Source: Phycisphaerae bacterium (lineage in GTDB: Bacteria; Planctomycetota; Phycisphaerae; Sedimentisphaerales; Anaerobacaceae). From it: 46,893 nt of DNA. Positions 35,239 through 43,789 of the stretch are shown one piece after another; the first letter of the stretch is position 1; each line of letters begins with the position of its first letter. The notes under the pieces were generated by a model, which was not told the origin of the DNA, made no database searches, and saw only the letters and a program-made list of their open reading frames with translations. Made by a program: the position numbers and the translations under genes. Location of the stretch: NCBI GenBank assembly GCA_028714855.1, contig JAQTLP010000012.1, positions 1 to 46,893 of the forward strand, written 5' to 3'.

Positions 35239-36507
35239 TTATTTACCGTCAGTTGTAACCATTATATTTGGAGGGTTATTACCAGTAGTCCACAGATTTT
35301 GCGGCAAAAGTCCTTGCCATTTGTCAATCCATTTTGCCTGATTCTCAAGCTCTTTAAGTTTTATGAAAGCAGGATTACTGTTGGCTTTGGCGGCAGCATC
35401 GGCAACAAGCTGGATACCCTTTGCTTCTCCCTCGGCTCGTTTTATACGTGCCTGTGCTTCAGCATCGGCAGCCATAACGATAACTTTATTTTTGTCGTCC
35501 TGTGCTTGTTTTAAAGCAAGAGCCACATTCTTTTGCTGTTGGGATACAAAGACATCATCAATGGCTTTTTGAATATCCTTATTCTCGTATTCAAAGCCGC
35601 CAAACATACCAATATTCTGAACTGTTATTCCGCGTTGGGTAAAAAACTCCGTAATTTCCTTAACGACCGCATCACTAATAGTATTCTTAATATTGCGGAG
35701 TTCGTCCATTTTATATCCAGCGGCAACCTGTTGGACTACTTTTTGAATTTTGCCACGAACCTCTAAATCCATAACAGTCGCAAGCGAACCCGTAGGATAC
35801 CAATACAGGAATGTTGCGGCGTCTTTTTCCTGAACGTAAGCAGTACAGGTAAAGCCGGTACTAAACCCGATACTGTCCTGTGATTCTACCCAAATAGCTT
35901 CATTTTTTCCGGTTGTTCCCGTTGTTTCGTTGACTGTCCACTCGCGGGTAACGGGAGTTCTGTCCACCTTGATTACAACGATGTTTGGAATCCAATTGCC
36001 ATTTCGGTTAAAGCGACCCGTTTTCTGCCAGCGATGTGATATTTGAATACGTTTAGTAGCTACCTGCATTTTTTGTAGAGATTCTACTGACTGCATTTTT
36101 TGTTGCAAATCAGTTTTGTTTTCGAGTGGTATTACAAAAGCTGTTTCATTATTTTTAACTTCAACAAATTCTTCTTTGTCGTATGGCTTCGGACAACCCG
36201 TTAATACAAATGACGAGACAGACAAAATAGCCAAAATAGCAATTTTAGCAAGGTGTTTTTGAATTAGTTCTTTTGCCGGTTTCCACCAAACCAAAAGCAA
36301 GATAACGATACAAACAAACCACCCCCATGAACCTGCGCCGGATTGAAGTTGTTGAATAAGACGCAGAGCTTCTCTTGAACCATCTTCGTTCATTTGGCCA
36401 AGAGCAAGGTTTGCGGTAGTGTTGGGCAACACGCCCTGATACAAAGCGATATTTATTGTCGCTACCATTACTACAAATACAGTAGTTAATACAATTCTCG
36501 TTTTCAT
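35239..36507 (-). CDS. Membrane-anchored SPFH / band-7 (stomatin/prohibitin/HflK-C-like) protein, 422 aa
   Basis: N-terminal hydrophobic segments plus a lipobox-like FVLTGC; C-terminal AEAQARIKRAEGEAKGIQLVADA typical of SPFH; RBS AGGAG. Confidence 0.55.
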   Translation of the reverse strand: MKTRIVLTTVFVVMVATINIALYQGVLPNTTANLALGQMNEDGSREALRLIQQLQSGAGSWGWFVCIVILLLVWWKPAKELIQKHLAKIAILAILSVSSFVLTGCPKPYDKEEFVEVKNNETAFVIPLENKTDLQQKMQSVESLQKMQVATKRIQISHRWQKTGRFNRNGNWIPNIVVIKVDRTPVTREWTVNETTGTTGKNEAIWVESQDSIGFSTGFTCTAYVQEKDAATFLYWYPTGSLATVMDLEVRGKIQKVVQQVAAGYKMDELRNIKNTISDAVVKEITEFFTQRGITVQNIGMFGGFEYENKDIQKAIDDVFVSQQQKNVALALKQAQDDKNKVIVMAADAEAQARIKRAEGEAKGIQLVADAAAKANSNPAFIKLKELENQAKWIDKWQGLLPQNLWTTGNNPPNIMVTTDGK

Positions 36508-36544
36508 TTTTTAATCTCCTAAAAAAGGTTAATAATTTTCCACA

Positions 36545-37291
36545 TTATTTAACGCCAAAAGAAAACTTGCCCTGACTACGCTCTTTGGCTAAGCGTTTGT
36601 CGCCAATCTCGCAATACTTTTCAGAAATATCAGCACAAATCCACCTTCGGCCTAATTGCTCGGCGGCAAGGGCGGTAGTGAAAGAACCCGCAAAGGGGTC
36701 GAAAATAAGGTCGTCAGGTTTTGAATGTATTTCAATAAGACGTTTCATCAATTCAAGGGGCTTTTGTGTGGGGTGTTCGTCAAATTGTGGTATGTCTTGA
36801 TTTATTCCCTCAATTACGTTTGAGCATTTTTTGCTTTCGTCATAAAAACTGTAACCATCTTTGCTTTTTGATAGAACAACAATATTTTCATAAGACGGCC
36901 TATATCGCCAACCCAAGCCGATAAATTTCTTCCAAACCAACGTCTGGATTAAGTTAAAATGTTTTATGGCCTCAATCGTGAAAATAGCAGTAACAGGAGT
37001 TTTTCCGCCGCCGCAGCAGCAGCAGCAGCAGCAAGCAATATCTGACAATACCCGCTTGATTTCCGGCAAAGTATCGGCCAATAACAAAAGCCAGTCATTA
37101 TAATCATCGTTTTGTAATCTCTCTTTCCGGTTCGTCCGGTTAGAACAGAAGTTTATCCCGTAAGGGGGGTCTGTTAATGTGAGGTCAATCGCCTTGTCGG
37201 GAATAAGGGACATCAAGTCAATGCAGTCGCAACACACCACGTTGCCAATGGCCTTTGTCCAATCACCTTGCAAATCGTCAATTCTTAACAT
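36545..37291 (-). CDS. Orphan DNA amino-methyltransferase, beta class (motif IV DPPY N-terminal, motif I FDPFAGSFTT C-terminal), with an internal poly-Cys (7xC + GGG) tract
   Basis: TLTDPPYGINF and LIFDPFAGSFTT read in the translation; no adjacent restriction enzyme; RBS GGAGAG. Confidence 0.75.
   Translation of the reverse strand: MLRIDDLQGDWTKAIGNVVCCDCIDLMSLIPDKAIDLTLTDPPYGINFCSNRTNRKERLQNDDYNDWLLLLADTLPEIKRVLSDIACCCCCCCGGGKTPVTAIFTIEAIKHFNLIQTLVWKKFIGLGWRYRPSYENIVVLSKSKDGYSFYDESKKCSNVIEGINQDIPQFDEHPTQKPLELMKRLIEIHSKPDDLIFDPFAGSFTTALAAEQLGRRWICADISEKYCEIGDKRLAKERSQGKFSFGVK
37005..37033. repeat. (GCA)7(CCG)3 on the + strand, equivalent to (TGC)7(GGC)3 in the coding strand of the methyltransferase
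   Basis: Trinucleotide repeat read directly. Confidence 0.9.
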
Positions 37292-37466
37292 TCAAAACTC
37301 TCCACAATCACGCAGGTTCGTTTTAGCCGTATTTCCTGCTGCCAATAACCAAGAAAACAGCACCAGCGAAGGCGTATGCGTTATTTCAGCCGTTTAAACC
37401 ATACCTCTTGTTAAATCCCGCAATAATACAACCCTTTTGCATCGGCAAGTGGCCCGAACACCCAAT

Positions 37467-37958
37467 TTAGTTAAAATTAAGATTCGCATATTCACCAAAT
37501 AATTCCTTTGCTTTTTTGTCGTATACCAATGCAGCTTCTTTTTCTGTTTTGTGATAACCAAGATAAACAGTTTTGTAATTATAGGTCAAAACAGACATCC
37601 AATACTTGTCTTGTACCAAAGCGACACCCTTATATTTGCTATGTATATTTTTACCAACCTTCTTTTTTTGGTTTCGCATATTCTCGGCATGAGAACAAAC
37701 CCGTAAATTGCATCTACGATTGTCGAGGCGATTACCATTACGATGGTCAACTTCCTTACTGGGTGGACAATCCATAATTAACCGAGACATAATAATAGTT
37801 ACTTTTTGCCTATCTATTTTACCTCTCCACATCACACATTCCCGTTTGTGTCCTTTGCGGCCAACCAAACAGTATTGCCATTTTAATTTTGAGACTTTAC
37901 CAAAATCTGAATTGCTAATAATTGATGTTTTTCCTTGTGTTAATTGAATTGTTTTCAT
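37467..37958 (-). CDS. HNH homing endonuclease with a C-terminal AP2 DNA-binding domain, 163 aa
   Basis: EVDHRNGNRLDNRRCNLRVCSHAENMRN HNH motif; YKGVALVQDKYWMSVLTYNYKTVYLGYHKTEKEAALVYDKKAKELFGEYANLN AP2-like; RBS GAGAGGT. Confidence 0.8.
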   Translation of the reverse strand: MKTIQLTQGKTSIISNSDFGKVSKLKWQYCLVGRKGHKRECVMWRGKIDRQKVTIIMSRLIMDCPPSKEVDHRNGNRLDNRRCNLRVCSHAENMRNQKKKVGKNIHSKYKGVALVQDKYWMSVLTYNYKTVYLGYHKTEKEAALVYDKKAKELFGEYANLNFN

Positions 37959-37999
37959 TTAATACCTCTCGTAGTATTTCTCGAAATTGAGACACAGCA

Positions 38000-38026
38000 G
38001 GGCGGGTCGAGATGCCCCGCCTTTTC
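38000..38026 (+). terminator. GC hairpin GGCGGG-9 nt-CCCGCC followed by TTTT, in + orientation between two minus-strand genes (possible antisense or bidirectional terminator insulating the HNH gene)
   Basis: Read directly. Confidence 0.35.
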
Positions 38027-38055
38027 GGTAGCTAACCTATCTGTGTTAAAGTATA

Positions 38056-38550
38056 TCATATATTGAATTTTTCTGTAACACTTTTATCTAAAATTGTTTG
38101 TATCCCATTTTTAGTCAAAATACATATTTTATTAAGATACTTTTTTGACAATTTGACCTTTTTGGCGTTATTTTTGGAGTTAAAAACCATTGTTATTTTG
38201 ACCTCTGGCTGATACTTATTGAGTAATTTTAACTTCCGCCGTGTATCAGCTTCAAAAAGCCCTTTTCCTTCCCAGTATTCTAAGGTATCATTATTGTTGC
38301 GTATGTCAAAATCTACAAGCCAAGTATCATCGGGAAACTTAAACGTGGTTTGTTCATACCACCAATCTTTAATCTCGCCGGCTGTTTTCAAGAATTGGAG
38401 ATATTTAGCAATCCGCCAATCCAGTTTTGAACGAAAGTCATATTCTTTGCTGCCAATAGTATCGTGGATTCGCTGGTTATTGTATTCTTTAACCAGTGGC
38501 CCTTCACAAAAACCCAATTTTCTTGCCTCCTGTAGGGATAGTTTTGCCAT
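38056..38550 (-). CDS. DUF1064-family phage protein, 164 aa (predicted PD-(D/E)xK-like fold)
   Basis: SKEYDFRSKLDW...LKTAGEIKDWWYEQTTFKFPDD...DFDIRN...EYWEGKG...DTRRKLKLLNKYQPEVKITMV pattern; RBS AAGGAG. Confidence 0.5.
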   Translation of the reverse strand: MAKLSLQEARKLGFCEGPLVKEYNNQRIHDTIGSKEYDFRSKLDWRIAKYLQFLKTAGEIKDWWYEQTTFKFPDDTWLVDFDIRNNNDTLEYWEGKGLFEADTRRKLKLLNKYQPEVKITMVFNSKNNAKKVKLSKKYLNKICILTKNGIQTILDKSVTEKFNI

Positions 38551-38569
38551 ACGATTCCTTCTTTCTCCT

Positions 38570-39165
38570 TTTACTGATTCGCTACGCCTTCGCTTTGCTA
38601 TACCTCACGTTGCCATACGCTACCATACCTTTGCTCAACAATACATTGCCATACCGCACCCCGCCATAGCGTTGCGATACGTTACTATGCCTTCACATTG
38701 CCCGACTTCACCATGCCACTGCCTTACTTTGCCGAACGCTGCCGCGCCTTTGCAAAACAAAACTTTACATTACTTTACGTTGCCATTGCAATACTGTGCG
38801 CTACTTCGCCTGCGCCTTGTTATACAGCACCTTACGCTACCATACCTTAGCTAAGCTAAGCTAAACAAAGCATTGCCGCTGCGTTGCGATACGTTACTAC
38901 GCCTTCACATTGCCCAACTACGCCTTGCGCTACTTCGCCTTCGCTCAACAGTACATCACCATGCCTTTGCTATACTTTACGCGACGCTGCCTTTGCTCGA
39001 CAATACATCACGACACAACACAACGCCCTCGCGAAACCATACTCCACCTTACGCCACGCTGCCCTTGCAATACAATACCATGCTTAACCTTTACAACACA
39101 TTGCGTTACAATCTCCACTTTGCCTCTGCGATACTTCGCCTTGCAAAACTCTGCCTTTGCATCAC
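38570..39165. repeat. ~600-bp intergenic block that is strongly G-depleted on the + strand. It consists of degenerate nested repeats: the motif TTGCTCAACAATACAT occurs five or more times, a ~40-bp segment GCGTTGCGATACGTTACTAYGCCTTCACATTGCCC is duplicated 222 bp apart, and there is a (CTAAG)3-4 run.
   Basis: Read directly; the + strand ORFs over it are compositional artefacts. Confidence 0.8.
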
Positions 39166-39767
39166 AAAACCTCATATACAAAAGAACCCATTCCAGAATT
39201 TCGCCATTGCAGTAGACCTCTTAACGCACCATAGTCGAGCCACGGTTTCAGAAAATCTTCAAGTTTTTTATCGAGTAACATTATCTCTGCTTCAAAGGTC
39301 GTACCGGCAGGCAACATTTCGGAACGTGCCAGAGATATTCTTTCACCCCGCATCGTTTGTCCCCGCAAAGGTCTTTCACAAAACTCTATCTTACCGCCTT
39401 CAGGTATCGTTAAAAACATCTTTCGAGGTCTGACAAATAACATCATATCAATGGTTCGTTTATACAGATATTTCGTCAGGCCGATTTTCTTTAATTCCTC
39501 CTGTGTCATTTTGCCGGACATTATCAATGCCAAGCAGGAATCTTTGAAAAATCCTTTTAATTGGTAATCCCAAATAAACGGCCTTCCGTCCTCTCTGGGG
39601 AATATCGTGCTGGACTTTTCGAGGGCTTCATCTTCAGGCAACGCCTCGATTTCGTCCTGTGCCGGTACTTTGGCAGGATTTTTTGAGAGAATAAAGTCCG
39701 TTGCGGCGTCCTTATTTCCCGACAATGTTCCTAAAACCGGCTCTACAAATTTAATTCTTACTTTCAT
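39162..39767 (-). CDS. Hypothetical protein, 201 aa
   Basis: ORF. Confidence 0.5.
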   Translation of the reverse strand: MKVRIKFVEPVLGTLSGNKDAATDFILSKNPAKVPAQDEIEALPEDEALEKSSTIFPREDGRPFIWDYQLKGFFKDSCLALIMSGKMTQEELKKIGLTKYLYKRTIDMMLFVRPRKMFLTIPEGGKIEFCERPLRGQTMRGERISLARSEMLPAGTTFEAEIMLLDKKLEDFLKPWLDYGALRGLLQWRNSGMGSFVYEVL

Positions 39768-40014
39768 TTTTCGCTCCTTTAGTGTTAAAATTTACGGTGG
39801 TTCTAATAATTTCTTGGTAAGCTTCAAAAGCTTTTGTGTAAGCCATATAAGCCCTATAAGCTTTCCAATAAGCCGTATTAGCTTCATTTTTACGGGCTTT
39901 GGAATAAACCTCACGGGCTATCTCAAAATTCTTTCGGGCTTTATTGAGAGCATTATGAGCTTTTTCAAATGCTTTTGTCTTTTTCTCGTCCATTTCTATT
40001 GTTATGTATTTCAT
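39751..40014 (-). CDS. Small basic helical protein, 87 aa
   Basis: ORF. Confidence 0.4.
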   Translation of the reverse strand: MKYITIEMDEKKTKAFEKAHNALNKARKNFEIAREVYSKARKNEANTAYWKAYRAYMAYTKAFEAYQEIIRTTVNFNTKGAKNESKN

Positions 40015-40308
40015 CTATTTTTTTCTCATAATTTTTTCAGCGGCTTTTTTGTGTTTATCCTCTACAAGATTTTTGGAAGGCCACCCAACCCAAGTTCCCC
40101 ATTCATCGTAACCGAGTCCCCTTGTGTCGCTTTCTATTATTGCCAAGTCGGGTTCGTCTTTTTTAAGTTCCATTTTTACTATATGCCGAGCGGCACGGTG
40201 GGATTTTTCATCGCAAGGACGGGTAATCCAAACAATCGGTTTTTTTTTATAACTCCGACTCATATCAACTTTACCTCGATTCCGGTATTTCTGTTTCCCT
40301 TTAGCCAT
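40015..40308 (-). CDS. Small basic protein, 97 aa
   Basis: ORF. Confidence 0.4.
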   Translation of the reverse strand: MAKGKQKYRNRGKVDMSRSYKKKPIVWITRPCDEKSHRAARHIVKMELKKDEPDLAIIESDTRGLGYDEWGTWVGWPSKNLVEDKHKKAAEKIMRKK

Positions 40309-40484
40309 AAATATTCGTTAAACCTTCTGCAAATCTCACCGGCTATCTCCTTGCGTATCCCGCACGCAACTACGGTCTTGCCGAGCAGGATATTGCCTAC
40401 CTCGTTTTTGTTTTCGTCAAAGGTTACTGCTGCGTAGCTAAGTTGCAACGGTGTCCTTGCAAGGGTATTGGTATTGTAGTGCAT
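40260..40484 (-). CDS. Hypothetical protein, 74 aa (overlaps its neighbour)
   Basis: ORF. Confidence 0.3.
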   Translation of the reverse strand: MHYNTNTLARTPLQLSYAAVTFDENKNEVGNILLGKTVVACGIRKEIAGEICRRFNEYLWLKGNRNTGIEVKLI

Positions 40485-40511
40485 TAGCTTTTTATCCTTA
40501 ATTTAATTCCT

Positions 40512-40976
40512 TTAAGGTGTTAATCCGGTTAAAATCAAATTCGACATTTTGCCCGTTTCTATTGCCTTATTTATCTGTGGTAAAATTTCCTCTGAGACAG
40601 TACGTCCATTTGGTAAATAAGTGTATGCCATAAACTCATCTTCAAAAGCAGCAATTCCGCTTTCAACAGCTTCTAATTTTGCAAGAATAACCAGATGTAA
40701 CGCCCTCCAGTTTGACCTGCACGCTTGCTCCCACGCCGCAAGCATATCCTCGTTACTGCGCCGCTTTCGTCCGCTTGGTGTTGTTTGATAATTATCAGGA
40801 TTAGGTAAAATCAATTTAAGCTTGATAGCCATTCCTTTGTACGCAAATGCTATTATTGCTTTTTGATGGTCTGTTTGATAGGCAAAATGAGACGCTCCGT
40901 ATCTTGATAAAGTTTTCTCGATAGCAGCTTTTGACCGTTCTATACTTACCCCGCTTGTTTTTGCATATATGCTCAT
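40512..40976 (-). CDS. Hypothetical protein, 154 aa
   Basis: ORF. Confidence 0.5.
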   Translation of the reverse strand: MSIYAKTSGVSIERSKAAIEKTLSRYGASHFAYQTDHQKAIIAFAYKGMAIKLKLILPNPDNYQTTPSGRKRRSNEDMLAAWEQACRSNWRALHLVILAKLEAVESGIAAFEDEFMAYTYLPNGRTVSEEILPQINKAIETGKMSNLILTGLTP

Positions 40977-41055
40977 TTTTCACTACTCCTTTTTCGTATC
41001 AACCATTCTCATCTTAATTCCTTCAATCAGTTTGCAACCTTCCTCGTAATCAGGA

Positions 41056-41427
41056 TTAAGTTTCTGATAAATGTCTATTCAGAGATTGTAAAGCGTTCAA
41101 TTCTGCCTCTACGCTTTGCAATTTTGATACGCCATTTTTGTATGCTGCTTCTGACTGTTCGAGTCGCAATTTGCTTTCCCAAACGATACCTTTGGCTATT
41201 TTTTCACAAGTAGAGGCGGGGGGGTCTTTGATAATCTCATCTTCAAGGGATAACGCCTTCCCATTTTTTAATCTCATCAAAGTAATAGCAAGTTCTTTGT
41301 CATAAAGGGCTATCGCCAACGCCTTGTCATTGCCTAATCCTTCAAGTAATCCCCTGCCGGTTTCGAGTAGTTTTATCTTACTTTTGATTTTTTCTGCGAC
41401 AATATATGGACTTTCTTCTTTTGACAT
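41056..41427 (-). CDS. Coiled-coil hypothetical protein, 123 aa (contains a G7 homopolymer at 41218..41224)
   Basis: ORF. Confidence 0.45.
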   Translation of the reverse strand: MSKEESPYIVAEKIKSKIKLLETGRGLLEGLGNDKALAIALYDKELAITLMRLKNGKALSLEDEIIKDPPASTCEKIAKGIVWESKLRLEQSEAAYKNGVSKLQSVEAELNALQSLNRHLSET

Positions 41428-41480
41428 ATTTACCTCATAACTTATATTTAGCTTTAAATTCCTCTACTTGCCGTTGACGC

Positions 41481-42101
41481 TCAAAAGGGCGAATCATCCA
41501 CCTCGTCCGGTCTATGCCTATTGCCAACGGCATCAATATCGTCTTGACCGCCTTCCGTTATGCTTGGGTCTGGTTCGGGGGTAAAATACTTTTCGCCTTC
41601 CTTGATAAACTTAACATCTTGCAGGACTAATTCGTAAAGTCCTTGTCCTAAAGCCCGTTCGCCCTGTATATATGCACACAATACTTTGCACCTTGCCCAG
41701 TCCTCACTAATAGTCCCTAAATTGCTTTGGGGGGTAGGCGAATATAATGGATTTGACGGCGGAATAGACGCTCTGGCGGGGGTTTTAGCGGGTTCAACGG
41801 TTACCCTCTCATTCCAAAACCCACCGTAATACATTATATTCTTGAACGGGTTCGGGGCAATGTTAAACGCTAACCGGCGATTTATAAAACCATCCCCTAT
41901 GGTTTTGTCCTTGCCAAGCCATATTTTGACCTTTTGCCGCTCATTATTATCGTCCGTAATTATCACTTGCTGGAAACGTTTGCCATCTTTTGTGAATTGT
42001 ACCGGCTCAAAACTATTGACCGTGCCAAACATAGCTATTTTTATCTGGTAGCCCTTTTCATCTTTTTTGCCGTCCGCCAATCTAATTTGCTCAAAGTTCA
42101 T
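41481..42101 (-). CDS. SSB-like single-stranded DNA-binding protein candidate, 206 aa
   Basis: OB-fold-like N-terminus; acidic C-terminal tail ending EVDDSPF, reminiscent of the SSB DDDIPF tip. Confidence 0.45.
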   Translation of the reverse strand: MNFEQIRLADGKKDEKGYQIKIAMFGTVNSFEPVQFTKDGKRFQQVIITDDNNERQKVKIWLGKDKTIGDGFINRRLAFNIAPNPFKNIMYYGGFWNERVTVEPAKTPARASIPPSNPLYSPTPQSNLGTISEDWARCKVLCAYIQGERALGQGLYELVLQDVKFIKEGEKYFTPEPDPSITEGGQDDIDAVGNRHRPDEVDDSPF

Positions 42102-42417
42102 TTTTCACCTTCTTTCCTTTCAGTTCTTGTTTCAATTCTTCAACCCTATTCATATTTTGTAAAATACACGATTCGCACATTTCTATCTCGCAGGTAGGAC
42201 ATAATCTATTGCCTTTGAGTTTATCGCACTTTTCGCAACCAGTACTTTCTATTTCTTCTTGGGTTATCTGGGCAAACGAATCTGCTCTTTGAAAATATCT
42301 TAATCCCCAATCGCATCGGCAACATCGACATTCATATTGCGGGGGATTGCTTGCAAGGCAGTCTACAATTATTCTGGCCTTACATTTAGGACAATGCAAA
42401 TCATCTCTTATGCTCAT
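42091..42417 (-). CDS. Cys-rich multi-CxxC zinc-binding protein, 108 aa
   Basis: CPKC...CRCCRCDWG...CEKC...CPTC...CESC. Confidence 0.45.
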   Translation of the reverse strand: MSIRDDLHCPKCKARIIVDCLASNPPQYECRCCRCDWGLRYFQRADSFAQITQEEIESTGCEKCDKLKGNRLCPTCEIEMCESCILQNMNRVEELKQELKGKKVKNEL

Positions 42418-42430
42418 TTAATCTCCCAAT

Positions 42431-43252
42431 TTAAATCCCATAACGGCGGTGAAAATTTTCTCTATCTTTAAGAAACATTTGTTTGTACTGGTTAATTTCT
42501 ATTGAGATAACCGGCCTTGAAAATCCTTGTTGTGTTTTATCATTCAAAGGAATCACCATCATTTGCTCATAGGGACTTTCGCCGTTTTCTTCCTCTGCAA
42601 TAATATAGGCGGCAATCTGCTTGAAATCTTTAAGTTTTTGCGGAGTTCGCTTAACATCGGCAAGCGTTTTTTTGCCTTCATAATAGCAAATTCTTATATC
42701 TGGCGTACCACCGAAACGATGTTCTTTGCTTATAATCGACTCGCCACAAATCATTTTCTCGATAGGATATTTTTTGAGGAAATCAGGGAAACTCCATCCT
42801 TCAATAGGTAGTTGTAATTTGCCTTGTTTCACAATAACCAAATCAGACCAAGTGCCGTCTATCTTTTCAACAGGTTTCCATTCACCGGTCTTTATAAATT
42901 CGGCGACTTGAGCGTGAATTAGACTTCCTTGCGAAGCATATTGCTGTAACTCAATCGCAGTTACCCAAAAGTCAGTGTCCCAATTAAGGATAGATGTTAC
43001 AGACGGGAAATCACCGTACATTCTGAAATCCGTGCGCTCCCGTTGTATTTTTTCGATAGTCAGGGCTTGTTCGTCCCGTTTAAAGTTTTGGTAGCAAATT
43101 TTCTGAAGTTCTTTCTGCCAATCATCTATAATATTAGTTACCATAGACACATCCGTTTCAATTTCTACTTTTGCCGTATAACTCGGTCGTGCATTTTGAA
43201 AAGAACCCGTTGCAATTACTCCCGAAAATCCTGCTGATATTTTAATCTTCAT
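42431..43252 (-). CDS. PD-(D/E)xK-family nuclease candidate (recombination exonuclease-like), 273 aa
   Basis: FGGTPDIRICYYEGKKTLADVKRT (D...DxK arrangement); sits next to the SSB-like gene. Confidence 0.4.
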   Translation of the reverse strand: MKIKISAGFSGVIATGSFQNARPSYTAKVEIETDVSMVTNIIDDWQKELQKICYQNFKRDEQALTIEKIQRERTDFRMYGDFPSVTSILNWDTDFWVTAIELQQYASQGSLIHAQVAEFIKTGEWKPVEKIDGTWSDLVIVKQGKLQLPIEGWSFPDFLKKYPIEKMICGESIISKEHRFGGTPDIRICYYEGKKTLADVKRTPQKLKDFKQIAAYIIAEEENGESPYEQMMVIPLNDKTQQGFSRPVISIEINQYKQMFLKDRENFHRRYGI

Positions 43253-43469
43253 TTATTTCCTCGCATTCCTGTTTGCCAATAATTTCTATCATTTCTACGC
43301 TGGTTATGCACTGACTATCAATATCTTGCTTATCATACCCTTCGCCTTTGGTTATCATATTGCACACTTCGTCCTCGCTGTCGGTGATAATGTGGACATA
43401 GCCAGTGCCCACAAATTCTACTTTTACCAAATGGTCTGTTTGCATTATTTCACCTCTTTCACATACCAT
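43242..43469 (-). CDS. Small acidic protein, 75 aa
   Basis: ORF. Confidence 0.35.
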   Translation of the reverse strand: MVCERGEIMQTDHLVKVEFVGTGYVHIITDSEDEVCNMITKGEGYDKQDIDSQCITSVEMIEIIGKQECEEINED

Positions 43470-43786
43470 ATTATTCTTTTCTCGCCCTTGTAATTCTTAA
43501 ACATTGCAAGGGTACACACATTACAGATTTCTCTACCGCAAGGGTGTGCGCAATTCTGGACTGCACCGTATCTTCGCAAATCAGGTAATCTTCTTGCACA
43601 AACAGCATAATCAATGCCCGACTTTTCAGACAGTTCAAGACTTGTAACGCCATTATGTTCGGTCAATGCTTTAAGCACCTTAAACGCCTGTTCATTTATA
43701 GTCGGCCTGTTCTTCTCGGCAGTTTCAAAACTGCTTATCGGGTCGGTGTTTGCTGATAAAGGTTTAATGTCAAAAAGAGTTTTCAT
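43445..43786 (-). CDS. Winged-helix DNA-binding protein, 113 aa (MarR-like wHTH)
   Basis: GVTSLELSEKSGIDYAVCARRLPDLRRYGAV. Confidence 0.45.
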   Translation of the reverse strand: MKTLFDIKPLSANTDPISSFETAEKNRPTINEQAFKVLKALTEHNGVTSLELSEKSGIDYAVCARRLPDLRRYGAVQNCAHPCGREICNVCTLAMFKNYKGEKRIIWYVKEVK

Positions 43787-43789
43787 TGT

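Noticed and set aside
38219-39433. Long + strand ORFs (211 aa, 186 aa, and overlapping 67/101 aa) over the G-depleted block
   Set aside because: They are artefacts of G depletion, since stop codons need G. They overlap the minus-strand DUF1064 gene and each other, lack RBSs, and give low-complexity L/P/T/H/Y peptides.
39607-40437. 276-aa + strand ORF rich in F/S/I
   Set aside because: It overlaps three well-formed minus-strand genes in a region where all neighbours are minus-oriented. It is low complexity with no RBS.
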